Shown here piece by piece: positions 31,544 through 41,558 of a DNA stretch of 64,000 bases. The position numbers and the translations under genes were made by a program. The notes beneath the pieces are model-generated. The model saw nothing but the letters and a program-made list of their open reading frames with translations, was not told where the DNA came from and did no database searches. The DNA is from Halorutilales archaeon Cl-col2-1 (GTDB lineage: Archaea > Halobacteriota > Halobacteria > Halobacteriales > Afararchaeaceae), in the NCBI GenBank assembly GCA_041891055.1, contig CP169074.1:896001-960000 (forward strand), written 5' to 3'. Numbering within the stretch: position 1 is the stretch's first letter; every line of letters starts with the position of its first letter.

Positions 31544-32593
31544 ATGGTCACGACGACGGTGACGGTAAAGTTCCACCAACCCACCCGCGAACGTAGACGT
31601 GAATGGCAGAGAGCCATGCGCCTCTACCGCGACACTAAGCAGTACGTTATAGACGGGTGGGAGGACGACGACTTCGGTATGTCCGTCACTACGTCGGAGA
31701 TAGACAACGAACTCTACGCCGCCATACAGAACCAAGCGATACGTGAGGCTAAGAGTGACTACAAACGCGACGGCATCGTGGAGTACCACCAAAGCCAACC
31801 TTTCGCCGTCAACAACCAGAATTGGGAGGTTGACACTACCGACAACGGCAACGTCGTCCTCGGATTCCCCTGTATAACCGGATGGTGGTACACTCCCGTA
31901 GAAGTCTACGACGAGGTAGATGAAGCCGTACAGAAGCTCGTGGACGGTGAAGGTAACAAGTCACGCCTCCAAGTCTACCGTCGTGGTTCTGAGTGGTACG
32001 CCACATTCAACGTCGAACACGAGCAAGACGTGGGTGGCGAAACGCCTGTCGGCGTAGATATAGGACACAACCACGTCCTCGCTGTCCGTGTACCTGACGA
32101 GGACGAATCCATGCTCGTATCAGGTAAGGAAGCGAAGTACGTCCGGCGTAAGTATCGTTCCCTACGTGATTCGCTACAACAAGCGGGTGCGCTTCGCGCA
32201 CGTAACCGCGTGGGTAACAAAGAACAACGCCGGATTAAGGACATGAACCACAAACTCTCCCGTCAACTCGTAGAGTTTGCTTCCGAGTTCGAAAACGCCG
32301 TGATACGTATGGAGGACTTAGAAGGTATACGTGACGGTAACGGTTGGGATGGCGTCCACTCATGGCACTTCTACCAGATACAGGAGTTCATCACGTATAA
32401 AGCAGAGAAAGAAGGTATTGAGGTGGAGAAGGTAGATCCCCACAACACGAGTCAGATGTGTTCAGAGTGTGGTGAGGATGAAGACACGGTGCGTGACGGC
32501 GACCACTTCACGTGTCACGAGTGCGGATACGAACGCCATGCAGACCTGAACGCGGCGAACAATATAGCGAGACTGGAGGGAGAACCTTGTTAA
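31544..32593 (+). CDS. tnpB: RNA-guided endonuclease TnpB (compact, about 349 aa)
   Basis: GVDIG / MEDL / ADLNA; CSECG...CHECG; TTTTTATAT about 25 bp upstream of ATG 31544. Confidence 0.93.
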   Translation: MVTTTVTVKFHQPTRERRREWQRAMRLYRDTKQYVIDGWEDDDFGMSVTTSEIDNELYAAIQNQAIREAKSDYKRDGIVEYHQSQPFAVNNQNWEVDTTDNGNVVLGFPCITGWWYTPVEVYDEVDEAVQKLVDGEGNKSRLQVYRRGSEWYATFNVEHEQDVGGETPVGVDIGHNHVLAVRVPDEDESMLVSGKEAKYVRRKYRSLRDSLQQAGALRARNRVGNKEQRRIKDMNHKLSRQLVEFASEFENAVIRMEDLEGIRDGNGWDGVHSWHFYQIQEFITYKAEKEGIEVEKVDPHNTSQMCSECGEDEDTVRDGDHFTCHECGYERHADLNAANNIARLEGEPC

Positions 32594-32640
32594 GCAAATC
32601 GGAGATTTGCGTACCGTCGGAAATCTTCCGATTTCCGAGA

Positions 32641-32941
32641 CTCGGCGTAACAGTCCGGCTGACGAACCGAGTGCCACGCGGGATTAGACAACCCGCCGGT
32701 CTTAGACTGCCTACCGTGAGTAGGGTGGAAGGCGGCTTTGACACCGCTACGTGTGCTGTAAAGGAGCGTCGGAGTGATAACGACGCCCGACCTATGAAGG
32801 AGTCACTCGAAAGCGTACCCGAACTCCGAGGAAAGGCACAACCTTAATATCCCCTTCGGTGATTCCCGCGTTCGTGAATCGAAGATTCACGAGCCATCCG
32901 AGCTTCGCTCGGAGACGTCTTTAGGCGCGGGAGGATGTCAA
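32641..32941 (+). ncRNA. Putative omega-RNA of element 2
   Basis: Structured non-coding interval between tnpB and right end; shares motifs with 45960-46228. Confidence 0.7.
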
Positions 32942-33774
32942 TTCTCATGTATCCAAAGGTCACCGTAGAAGTCGTCCTGTTCGAGACTGACCTCGCCTCG
33001 TGAAGACAGGAAGAGTAGACTGAGGTAGGTATTGACGACACGTGAACGTGACACGGCTTCGGCAACTAGCTCACGGAAGAGAACCTCGTCACGTCTCTCG
33101 AACTCAGTGGCGAGGCGTTCGGAGACTCTCTCTATCTCATCCTCTATGTCGTCCTCGTGTGCAGTCTCTACGGCGTCGTCGGTCGTTGTCTCGGGCTCAT
33201 GTGGTCGTGAGCTAGGTACAGGAGTCGAGTACGCCTCGGGTGAGGAGGATGTATCGTACTCCCGTCTCTGTTTCCAGACGCGTTTCCTCTCCCTGTCCCT
33301 CAGCTCCCGTACTAGCTCGTCGAGTGTCTCGGGATGTGCGTTCCGTCTCGTAGTCTTACGTTCGAGGCGTCTCTCCATCTCGGCTTCGAGGCTGTCAACA
33401 GGGTCGTACTCCGCGCCCGAGCCGGTGGTATCGGCGTGTTCTTCGGTTCTGGGGCTGTGGAAGAGTGCCTCGGGTTCGTCTTCGTCCCGGTCGTCGTCCT
33501 CGTCGTCACCGTCGTCGACGACGTAGTCACTCTTCATGCGCAGGAGTATACTCGCATAGAGGAGAGCCTTTCCCGTGCGTATGAGGTCGTTCGAGTCTAT
33601 CCTTTCGAGGAACTTGTCGGTGACACGTGGTATGTCGATGTCCCACGGGTCTATCTCGCCCTCCTCGGCGAGTCTCACGAGGACGTCGACGGGCTCGTCT
33701 ATCGCATCTTGTGACGTCCCGGCGTCTCCTTCGCCGTCGGTCTCAGTCGGCTTCTGCGGCTGTTTCCTCTTCAT
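32938..33774 (-). CDS. scpA: Segregation/condensation protein A (kleisin)
   Basis: GEIDPWDIDI, ASILLRMKS, YLSLLFL, QDDFYGDLW; follows smc. Confidence 0.93.
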   Translation of the reverse strand: MKRKQPQKPTETDGEGDAGTSQDAIDEPVDVLVRLAEEGEIDPWDIDIPRVTDKFLERIDSNDLIRTGKALLYASILLRMKSDYVVDDGDDEDDDRDEDEPEALFHSPRTEEHADTTGSGAEYDPVDSLEAEMERRLERKTTRRNAHPETLDELVRELRDRERKRVWKQRREYDTSSSPEAYSTPVPSSRPHEPETTTDDAVETAHEDDIEDEIERVSERLATEFERRDEVLFRELVAEAVSRSRVVNTYLSLLFLSSRGEVSLEQDDFYGDLWIHEN

Positions 33775-36700
33775 TCTGACTGTCGTCGTTGAGACGGACT
33801 CCCGTGACTCTTGATACGTTGTCTCCCTCCATCGTGACCCCAACTGTGCGCTCCGCCTTCTCCACCATCTGTGTCCGGAGGCTCACGACTATGAACTGTG
33901 TGTCGTCGGAGATGTCATCTATCATCTCAGCTACCCTGTCGGCGTTGGGCGCGTCAAGGAACATGTCGACCTCGTCAAAGGCGTAGAACGGAGCCGGAGT
34001 GTAACGCTGTATGGCGAATATGAACGAGAGAGCTGTGAGTGATCTCTCGCCCCCACTCATCGACTCCAGACGTTTGACGGGCTTGTCAGAGGGTTTCGCC
34101 TCTATTGTCATGCCTCCCTCAAAGGGGTCGTCGGGCTCCTCTAAGACGAGTTCCCCCGAGCCGTCGGAGAGACGTCTGAAAACTTCCTCGAACTCGGAGT
34201 TTATCTCGTCGAAAGCCTCGCGGAACTTGTCGTGTTTGAGATCCTCGTACCTGTCTATCCTGTCAAGTATCTCGTCCCTCTCGTCCTCGAGTGTCTCCTT
34301 CCGGCTCGTGAGATCGTCTTTCCTCTCACGTACCTCGTCGTACTCGTCTATCGCGAGCATGTTGACGGGCTCCAGATCCTCCATCTGGGACTCGATTTCG
34401 TCTATTGACGACCGTATTTCGGAGTAGCCCGGTATCTCGTCGTCTTCGTAGTCACCGGGGTCAACCTCGTCTTCGAGTTCGTCCGCCTCGTCTTCGAGTG
34501 ACGACCTCTCAGTTCTGAGAGCCTCTATCCTCTCGTCCGCCTCGTCGATCTTCCTGCGTATCCCGTCGCGCTCCTCGACTGCTTCCTCAAGTTGGTCTTC
34601 GAGGCTTTCGAGTGTCTGACGTAGCTCACCTATCTCGTCCTCTATCTCGTCTATGCGTTCCTTCTTATCGTCGCGTTCGTCCTCAAGCTCATCTATTTCG
34701 TCCCTCAGGTCACGTATGAGGTCTTCCTTCTCGTCACGGCTCTCGTCAAGACTCTCTATCTTCTCCTCTAACTCGTCTATCCTGTCAGTCCTGTACTCCT
34801 TCTCAAGCTCCAACTCGTTGAGGTCGGCGTCGACGTCACGTAGCCGGTCCTCGATATCGGATATTTCTTCTCTGAGGGCGTCGGCTTTCTCGGAGAGGTC
34901 GGATATCTCCGAGTCGGAGAGTTCGTCTTCGAGTTCTTCTATCTCCGACTCGTGAGACTCGATCTCGTCGTCGAGACCTTCGACCTCTTCGTCTATCTCC
35001 TCCATCCTCTCGCGTTTCTCCGCCTTGGTGTCCTCTAAGCCGTCGAGTCTCTCACGTGCGTCTTCGAGGCTTTCTTCGAGGTCACCACGTCTGTCTTCGA
35101 GGTCTTCGAGACGTCTCTCGTACCTCTCAACACTTGACTCCGACGACGTGATACGGTCTTTGACATCGTCGAGACGTGCCTCGACGGAGGAAATCTCGTC
35201 CCTGAGAGACGCACGTTGTGATTCGAGTTCCTCGATTCTGTCTGCGAGCTTCTCAAGTGTGCCCTTCGACCCGAACGAGTACCGCGACCCCTTCTTAGAT
35301 CCACCCGTCATAGCACCGCTTTTCTCGACTAAGTCGCCGTCGAGTGTCACCATCCGGTAGCTTCCCATCATCTCCCTCGCGGTCTCCATGTCCTTGACGA
35401 CGAGGGTGTCGCCCAGGACGTAAGAGAAGACAGACGAGTAGACGTCGTCGAACTCGACGAGGCTGTAGGCGTAGTCAACGACGCCGTCCTTCGAGAGGGG
35501 CTTCTTCGAGAGCGACCTCGTGTTCATCTCGGAGATGGGGAGGAAGGTCGCACGTCCTGCGTTGCGCCTCTTGAGGTACTCTATCGCTCTCTGACCCACA
35601 CTGTCGTCGTCGACCACGACGTGAGCCATCCTGCCTCCCGCAGCAGTCTCGACGGCTGTGGCGTACTTCTGTGAGACACTCCCGAGGTCAGCGATAGTAC
35701 CGTGGACGCCGTCTATGTCGGAGTTGAGAACAGTACTGACCGCCTTCGAGTAGCTACTTCCGTCGGAGCCCTGACGCGCCTGTTCCTGTGCGAACTCCTC
35801 CTGTTTCGACCTCAGAGACTCCTCGATGTCCTCTAAGTCTCTCCTCAGGTCGTCTCTCTCGTCTTCGAGGTCGTCTTTCACATCCCTGAGTTCTTCGAGG
35901 TTGTGTCTCTCGTTTTCGAGCGACTCCTCTATCTCCCCTATCTCCTCGTCGACCTCCGTGATCTCGTTCTGTGTCTCACGTATCTCCTTCTCAAGATTGT
36001 CCTCCTCACGCGACCTCCTTCGCGCCTCGTCCAAGAGGCGATCCTTCTCTCGCATCAGGTCATTCTTCTCGTCACGTAGATCCTCGACCTCGGTTTTGTG
36101 ATCCTCAAGAGACTCACGCACGTCGGCGTACTCGCCCTCAGCCTCGTCTATACGTTCCTCGACGTCTTCGAGGGCTGACTCCTTCGACGAGAGGTCTGAC
36201 TTGAGACTCGACTTCTCGACCTTCTTCTCACGTATCTCGGATTCGAGGTCTTCAATCTCCTCGTTCGCCTTGTCTATCCCGACGAAAGCCTGTCTCTTCT
36301 CCTTCTCGTACTCGTCGAGGCTCTCCTCAGCGTTCTCTATCCTGTCTCTCTTTCCGGATATCTTCGCCTTGATCTCCTCTATCTCCGACTTGAGTTCGAG
36401 ACGTTCATCCTCGCCCTTTCGGCGTATCTCGTCCTCGACCTCCTTGACCTCGCTCTCAACCTCGTCGACGAGAGACTCGGCGTCTTCGAGGTCGTCCTCT
36501 AACTCCTCCTTCATCTCCTTCTCGTCGGCAATCTCGTCCTCCAACTCTTCAATCTCGTCGTTTATCTGGTGGAGCTTCGCGACCGAGAGGAGACCCTCCT
36601 TCTCCTGCTTCTCCTCCCTGAGTTCACGGTATTCGAGAGCCTTGTCCCTCTCGTCCTTGAGTGAGTCGAGACGTTCGTCTATCTCGTCGAGTATCAGGTC

Positions 36701-37321
36701 GACCCTCTCGACCCTCTCCTCGACGGTGTCGAGTTCGCCGCGCGCTTCTTCCTTCTTCTCGTCGAACTCGGCGGTTCCAGCCGCCTCCTCGACTATGCGC
36801 CGTCTCTCTGTCGACGACATCTGTATTATCTCTGTGACGTCCCCCTGCATCACGACGTTGTATCCCTCTGGGGTGATACCCGCGCTCGCGAGGAGTTCCT
36901 GTATGTCGGAGAGGTTACACGACCTTCCGTTAATGTAGTAGTACGAGTAGTAGTCGTTCTCCGTCTTTTTTATGCGTCTCTTGATCACGACTTCGTCGGG
37001 GTCGCTTACTTCACCCGCCGCTGTACGTATCTCGTCGGGCTGAACTGTACGGTCGGAGTTGTCGAGGACTACCTCAACGCTCGCCTCTCGCGCTGAGTCG
37101 CCCTCGGGAGGATCGTAGAGGAGGTCAGGGAGACGCTCGGCTCTCATGCCTCTCGTACGAGCGAGTCCGAGAGCGAAGAGTATACTGTCGATCAGATTAC
37201 TCTTACCGCTCCCGTTGGGTCCGCTTATAGTAGTGAAGCCCTCGTAGAACGGGACAGTAGTGGGTCTCCCGAATGACTTGAAGCCGTCTATACTTATCTC
37301 TTTTATATGCATCGGCGTCAA
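33743..37321 (-). CDS. smc: Chromosome segregation protein SMC
   Basis: GPNGSGKSN, hinge GRATFLP, MSGGE, FDEVD. Confidence 0.97.
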   Translation of the reverse strand: MTPMHIKEISIDGFKSFGRPTTVPFYEGFTTISGPNGSGKSNLIDSILFALGLARTRGMRAERLPDLLYDPPEGDSAREASVEVVLDNSDRTVQPDEIRTAAGEVSDPDEVVIKRRIKKTENDYYSYYYINGRSCNLSDIQELLASAGITPEGYNVVMQGDVTEIIQMSSTERRRIVEEAAGTAEFDEKKEEARGELDTVEERVERVDLILDEIDERLDSLKDERDKALEYRELREEKQEKEGLLSVAKLHQINDEIEELEDEIADEKEMKEELEDDLEDAESLVDEVESEVKEVEDEIRRKGEDERLELKSEIEEIKAKISGKRDRIENAEESLDEYEKEKRQAFVGIDKANEEIEDLESEIREKKVEKSSLKSDLSSKESALEDVEERIDEAEGEYADVRESLEDHKTEVEDLRDEKNDLMREKDRLLDEARRRSREEDNLEKEIRETQNEITEVDEEIGEIEESLENERHNLEELRDVKDDLEDERDDLRRDLEDIEESLRSKQEEFAQEQARQGSDGSSYSKAVSTVLNSDIDGVHGTIADLGSVSQKYATAVETAAGGRMAHVVVDDDSVGQRAIEYLKRRNAGRATFLPISEMNTRSLSKKPLSKDGVVDYAYSLVEFDDVYSSVFSYVLGDTLVVKDMETAREMMGSYRMVTLDGDLVEKSGAMTGGSKKGSRYSFGSKGTLEKLADRIEELESQRASLRDEISSVEARLDDVKDRITSSESSVERYERRLEDLEDRRGDLEESLEDARERLDGLEDTKAEKRERMEEIDEEVEGLDDEIESHESEIEELEDELSDSEISDLSEKADALREEISDIEDRLRDVDADLNELELEKEYRTDRIDELEEKIESLDESRDEKEDLIRDLRDEIDELEDERDDKKERIDEIEDEIGELRQTLESLEDQLEEAVEERDGIRRKIDEADERIEALRTERSSLEDEADELEDEVDPGDYEDDEIPGYSEIRSSIDEIESQMEDLEPVNMLAIDEYDEVRERKDDLTSRKETLEDERDEILDRIDRYEDLKHDKFREAFDEINSEFEEVFRRLSDGSGELVLEEPDDPFEGGMTIEAKPSDKPVKRLESMSGGERSLTALSFIFAIQRYTPAPFYAFDEVDMFLDAPNADRVAEMIDDISDDTQFIVVSLRTQMVEKAERTVGVTMEGDNVSRVTGVRLNDDSQNEEETAAEAD

Positions 37322-37530
37322 GCCACGTATATGTCGTCGCCGCTGTCGTTGTCGTCGTCCTCGTCGACGGAGACACCTACCTCCTCGCGGTCTATCTCCG
37401 CTTTCTCCGACTCCTCGATCTCGCTCAGACGCTCTTTCACGTCTACCATCTCTCTCGCAAGTGACTCGACCATCTTCTCAAGTTCGTCGATCTTCGCCTC
37501 GGTGTCCGAGTTAGAGTCAGAGCGTGACAT
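37318..37530 (-). CDS. Small acidic coiled-coil protein upstream of smc
   Basis: 70-aa ORF ending DDIYVA, overlapping smc start. Confidence 0.75.
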   Translation of the reverse strand: MSRSDSNSDTEAKIDELEKMVESLAREMVDVKERLSEIEESEKAEIDREEVGVSVDEDDDNDSGDDIYVA

Positions 37531-37638
37531 CTCATCTACTCTATACCTTCACGTCCCATAAGTCCAACGTATGACACACGTATGCCGTTGTGCGAAAAGC
37601 GTTGGACTATTAGACTCTAAGTAGAAAACTGATCCGAA

Positions 37639-38211
37639 TTACTCGAGAGTGTCGGCTAGCTCCTCAGCCGCCTCGTCGACTCCGCCGTCGGGATTCTTGA
37701 CTATCTTGACAGTCGCGCCCGTGAGTGTGGCGTAGCTCATCGCCGCCGACCTGTTCATGTTCTGGTGAGTGTCTATCTCTCCCGTCCTCTCGAAGTCCCT
37801 GTCACGAGTCTCGTCGTCTATCCTTCTGAAGAGAATCTCCTCGGGGTCGGTCTCTATGAGAGCTATCGTGTCGGGTTCGAGACCTTCGAGAACCCACTCG
37901 GGAAGTCCAGGGAGGTAGCCCTCAGGCGTCTTTATGGCGCAGTGTGTGTCGACGAGGACGTTGGTGTCCTCAGCCATCTCGGCTATACGCTCTCCCGCCT
38001 GTGCCTGTATCTCCTTCTGCTGGTCGCTCGGGAGCTTCCTGAGTTCGTCCCTGTCCTCGACGAGACCCTCGTCACGTGCAGTCTCAAGCATCTGAGTACC
38101 GAACGAGACTATCTCGTACTCGACTTGCCTGTCCTCCAGAAGCTCAAGACTCCTCTCTGCTACGGTTGTGGCTCCGACTCCGGGAACGCCTGTGAGCACT
38201 GCTACCGTCAT
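37639..38211 (-). CDS. adkA: Archaeal-type adenylate kinase
   Basis: TGVPGVGATTV, DRDELRKL, DTHCAIKTPEGYLPGLP. Confidence 0.93.
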   Translation of the reverse strand: MTVAVLTGVPGVGATTVAERSLELLEDRQVEYEIVSFGTQMLETARDEGLVEDRDELRKLPSDQQKEIQAQAGERIAEMAEDTNVLVDTHCAIKTPEGYLPGLPEWVLEGLEPDTIALIETDPEEILFRRIDDETRDRDFERTGEIDTHQNMNRSAAMSYATLTGATVKIVKNPDGGVDEAAEELADTLE

Positions 38212-38330
38212 ACTACGAGTCAGTCTTTCCTTACCAATAAATCAACCTATATCCCGAAGCCCGAACCAACCCGTAGGTTTAAATACGACCGAGACATAAG
38301 GAGTCTCCGGTTACGGTTAAATGATCAACT

Positions 38331-38951
38331 ATGTCAGAGTCAGACAACACATCCGACAAGACTGAAGAGCTCAGAGATCTCTTCGTGGAAGTAACAGACG
38401 AGTCCACGGTCACAGAGGAGAAGAAGGAGTCACACGGCACTCTCAAGGACGAGGAAGAGATCAACGAGGAGATAGAAGGTACAGTCGAGGAGATGCTAGA
38501 TAGGTACGGTATCGACACCAAGCTAGACACAGATGACCTCGTCGAACTTGTGCGTCTCTACCACGACGGCTACTCAGACACGGAGATCGCCCGAGATCTC
38601 GGTGATGAGAAGCTCAACAAGACCGTCGCGCGGACGCGGGTTAAGCTCCATCTCTTCCGCGAGTCGGACTTCGATCCGCCGTTCGACATCGACCGCCTGC
38701 GTGAGTTCGTCGACGACGACCTGACGACAGCGGAGATGGCTGACGAACTCGACGTGAGTAAGAGTACTGTTCGTTCGTACGTCCACGTCATAGAGGCAGA
38801 GAACGAGGCAGACCGCGCGAACCACAAGTACCAGGACAGGTTCAAGAACCTGCTTGAGGATCGCGAGATATCCGAGAGGATCACGTCGTCGGCGACGGAG
38901 GACGGTCTCCAGGAGGCTACCGAGGGACTCGAAGTAGACGTCGACATGTAA
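38331..38951 (+). CDS. Conditioned-medium-induced protein 4-like HTH protein
   Basis: KTEELRDLFVEVTDESTVTE, SDTEIARDLG, EDGLQEATEG. Confidence 0.8.
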   Translation: MSESDNTSDKTEELRDLFVEVTDESTVTEEKKESHGTLKDEEEINEEIEGTVEEMLDRYGIDTKLDTDDLVELVRLYHDGYSDTEIARDLGDEKLNKTVARTRVKLHLFRESDFDPPFDIDRLREFVDDDLTTAEMADELDVSKSTVRSYVHVIEAENEADRANHKYQDRFKNLLEDREISERITSSATEDGLQEATEGLEVDVDM

Positions 38952-38954
38952 GAG

Positions 38955-39545
38955 ATGTCGGCGACAGACGAAGCGGTCGAAGCCCTGCGTGACGGGGGTG
39001 TCATTCTCTACCCGACGGAGACTGTCTACGGTCTCGGAGCCGACGCTCTCGATCCCAACGCAGTAGAGCAGGTCTTCGAGATAAAGGAGAGACCGCGTTC
39101 GAAGCCGGTCTCAGTCGCTTTCGGCGACTTCGAGACGGTGAAGGAGTACACGAAACCGAGTGACGACGCAGTGAGTATGATCGAGGATCTTCTTCCGGGA
39201 CCTGTGACAGTTCTGGTTCCGAAGACCGACTCGATCCCGGACGTTCTCACAGCGGGGTCAGAGGTCGTCGGCGTGAGGATACCCGACCACGACGTCGCTC
39301 TCGAAATAACGCGCGAGTTCGGTCCTATAACCAGCACAAGTGCCAACATATCCGGGAAGTCCTCGTCAGCCACCTTTGAGGACATTGACCCTAAGATTCT
39401 AGAACGGGTCGACGCAGCCCTTGACGGCGGCAGGGCGAGGTACGAACTCGGAAGCACCGTTGTCGACACGCGCGACTGGGGGATAGTACGTGAGGGAGCG
39501 ATGTGTGACGAAGTCGAGGACTGGATGACATCCTCCGCGCCGTAA
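38955..39545 (+). CDS. sua5: L-threonylcarbamoyladenylate synthase (Sua5/TsaC)
   Basis: PTETVYGL, KERP..KP, PGPVT, STSANISG; last codons supplied by the IS right end. Confidence 0.93.
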   Translation: MSATDEAVEALRDGGVILYPTETVYGLGADALDPNAVEQVFEIKERPRSKPVSVAFGDFETVKEYTKPSDDAVSMIEDLLPGPVTVLVPKTDSIPDVLTAGSEVVGVRIPDHDVALEITREFGPITSTSANISGKSSSATFEDIDPKILERVDAALDGGRARYELGSTVVDTRDWGIVREGAMCDEVEDWMTSSAP

Positions 39546-39580
39546 ACGGCGCGGTTTCCTCCGTGGGAGTCTCAGTCGGT

Positions 39581-40978
39581 CTAAGACTCGCCGGAAGCAA
39601 CATTCCCGTCACGGTGGACGGTACTCAGGTCTGTGCGCTGTTCTTTGGGACTTTCGTGAGAGTGTGATACCTCCAGCCAATCGTGGCTGTCCCACTCGAA
39701 CCGTGCTCGAAAACGCTGCGCGTTTTCGGCATCCCGGAAATTGGAGATTTCCGAGGACACGGGCCGTGCCATCGGCCTGACTTCTTTGCTCGTATGCCGC
39801 TTCAGGAACGTTTCTGACGCCGTAAGGTCGGCATGACCCTCGAATCCACACTGGCAGGTGAGCGTGTCCTGATGCCGTGTCGTTCGGTCTGTCGAACCAC
39901 ACTGGGGACACTCTTGGCTGGTCCACGCTTCCGACCGGACTTCGACCGAGATACCGTATTCCTCGGCGGTACATGCCAGTCGCTCGGTGAATTTCCTGAA
40001 CGCCCAGAAGTTGTGGGTCTTGGCGTTCGTCTCGACCGACCAGTGGGTTTCGAGTACGTCGGTCAACCCGCCGATATACACGGTATCGACACCTTCGGTA
40101 TACAGTCGTTCCAGCAGGTCACGACACAGTGCTTCTTGTGCGTGATCCCGGCGACGGGTTCGCTTTCGGTACAGCCGCCGAATACGCTTGCTACTGTATT
40201 TTCCTTCTTCGAGTTTCGACTTCAACCGGGCGATTTCCCGCGTCGTTTCGCGGAATCGCTGGAACAACTCACGGCCTTCGTACAGGTATTGCTCGCCGGT
40301 CGTGGTGGTACAGGCAACGAGATTGTTTGCACCAATGTCCAGAGCGGCCTTTTCGTCGGCCAGTGGAGTCTCCCGTGTCTCGTCAGAAACAGTCACGGGT
40401 TGCGAAGCTCTGAAGGTGCTATCAGTCTCGTCGTACCACAGGTCTAGTCGGCCTTGGTCTTCGTAGTCAGGCCAGTTCAGGTCGCCAACTATTTCCAGCC
40501 GAAGACGGCTTTTCGGGCTGTTGTGCTTGTCTCGGAGTTCTTTTCCGACGACCATTTCAAGCCGGGATCGGTCGCCCCATTCGACGGTGTAGGCATCCTT
40601 TCGGACGACGCCTTTGAGAACACGTCCGTCGTCCTCGTTACCACGGAAGCCTGGCGGTTCAGGGTGTTCCGTGACCGACGTGTTCGATTCGTCGTGATAC
40701 GCTTTTTTATTCTCGAAGAACGACCGCCACGCTTCGGTGTTTGCTCGCCGGACAGTTTGAGCGGTGGACGCGCCAAGCACGCCTTTGTATTTGCCTTCGA
40801 GCGCGCCGGTATCGGTGTCCCATACGTCGCCCTCGAAGCCGTCCTCGTCGTTGTAGCGCATGAGGCGCTGGTAGTTAATCTCGTTCCAGAGAGCGGCGGA
40901 AGCGTCCAACAGGTCGCGTAGCACCTGCTCACCATCGTCGGTGAGTGGTCGAACGGCGAACGTGTTGGCGCGCTTCAT
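39581..40978 (-). CDS. tnpB: TnpB-family nuclease with altered RuvC-II region
   Basis: ALDIG, IGGL (no acidic residue), [20 protein letters not shown]. Confidence 0.9.
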   Translation of the reverse strand: MKRANTFAVRPLTDDGEQVLRDLLDASAALWNEINYQRLMRYNDEDGFEGDVWDTDTGALEGKYKGVLGASTAQTVRRANTEAWRSFFENKKAYHDESNTSVTEHPEPPGFRGNEDDGRVLKGVVRKDAYTVEWGDRSRLEMVVGKELRDKHNSPKSRLRLEIVGDLNWPDYEDQGRLDLWYDETDSTFRASQPVTVSDETRETPLADEKAALDIGANNLVACTTTTGEQYLYEGRELFQRFRETTREIARLKSKLEEGKYSSKRIRRLYRKRTRRRDHAQEALCRDLLERLYTEGVDTVYIGGLTDVLETHWSVETNAKTHNFWAFRKFTERLACTAEEYGISVEVRSEAWTSQECPQCGSTDRTTRHQDTLTCQCGFEGHADLTASETFLKRHTSKEVRPMARPVSSEISNFRDAENAQRFRARFEWDSHDWLEVSHSHESPKEQRTDLSTVHRDGNVASGES

Positions 40979-41024
40979 GCCACAATTCTTTTCACGTCTT
41001 CACGTCAAATAAGTCTTGTGAGAC

Positions 41025-41249
41025 ATGACCGTTGACACACCGCTTACGTGTTACATCTGTGGAGAAACGGACGACTGGACAACCGTTGACTTGATTGGCT
41101 GTTTCGAGGACCGACAAGCCGCAGGGGAACGGTTTGAAGAAAAACATGGGAAGAAGCCGGAAAGTTATCTGTTCGTCTGTCCCGAGTGCAAAGAGGAGAA
41201 CCCGCACCATGCCGAAAACTGCTACGAGAAGTACGGGGGAGTCCAATGA
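41025..41249 (+). CDS. Small Zn-finger-like protein (IS passenger)
   Basis: CYICG...CPEC; 74 aa; divergent from tnpB. Confidence 0.65.
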   Translation: MTVDTPLTCYICGETDDWTTVDLIGCFEDRQAAGERFEEKHGKKPESYLFVCPECKEENPHHAENCYEKYGGVQ

Positions 41250-41389
41250 GGCCAGCAATTGACCTTTCCTATGGATTGCACGGTCGTCTGAAAGATTACG
41301 CCGAAGCAAATGACTTGGAACTTTCAGAAGCGTATGCAGAGGTGTTAGAAGCTGGTCTGGAAGCGTTGGAGACTCAAGACCAGCAGTAA
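41246..41389 (+). CDS. 47-aa ribbon-helix-helix-like protein (IS passenger)
   Basis: MRPAIDLSYGLHGRLKDYAEANDLELSEAYAEVLEAGLEALETQDQQ; ATGA overlap with previous ORF. Confidence 0.75.
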   Translation: MRPAIDLSYGLHGRLKDYAEANDLELSEAYAEVLEAGLEALETQDQQ

Positions 41390-41558
41390 CTCGGCGGCTT
41401 CTCACCAGAGCTTACGCGATTCACTCCCGTCCTCGAAAATCGAAGATTTTCGGGTGCAGCAAGACCTCCGGTCTTGCCATGCCCCTGTTCGCTCCTCGGT
41501 TCCGACTGAGCGTCGGAACACTCGTCACTCACGGGAAGGGCGGGATTCTCTCGCTGAA

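Larger units (their letters stand above)
31364..32941 (+). mobile_element. IS200/IS605 (IS1341-type) element 2, inserted 3' of TTAC
   Basis: TTAC|AGGTAATACAGCAGAATG-CCCCCG...CGGGGG left end; right end GATT-CCCGCG...CGCGGG-AGGATGTCAA. Confidence 0.9.
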
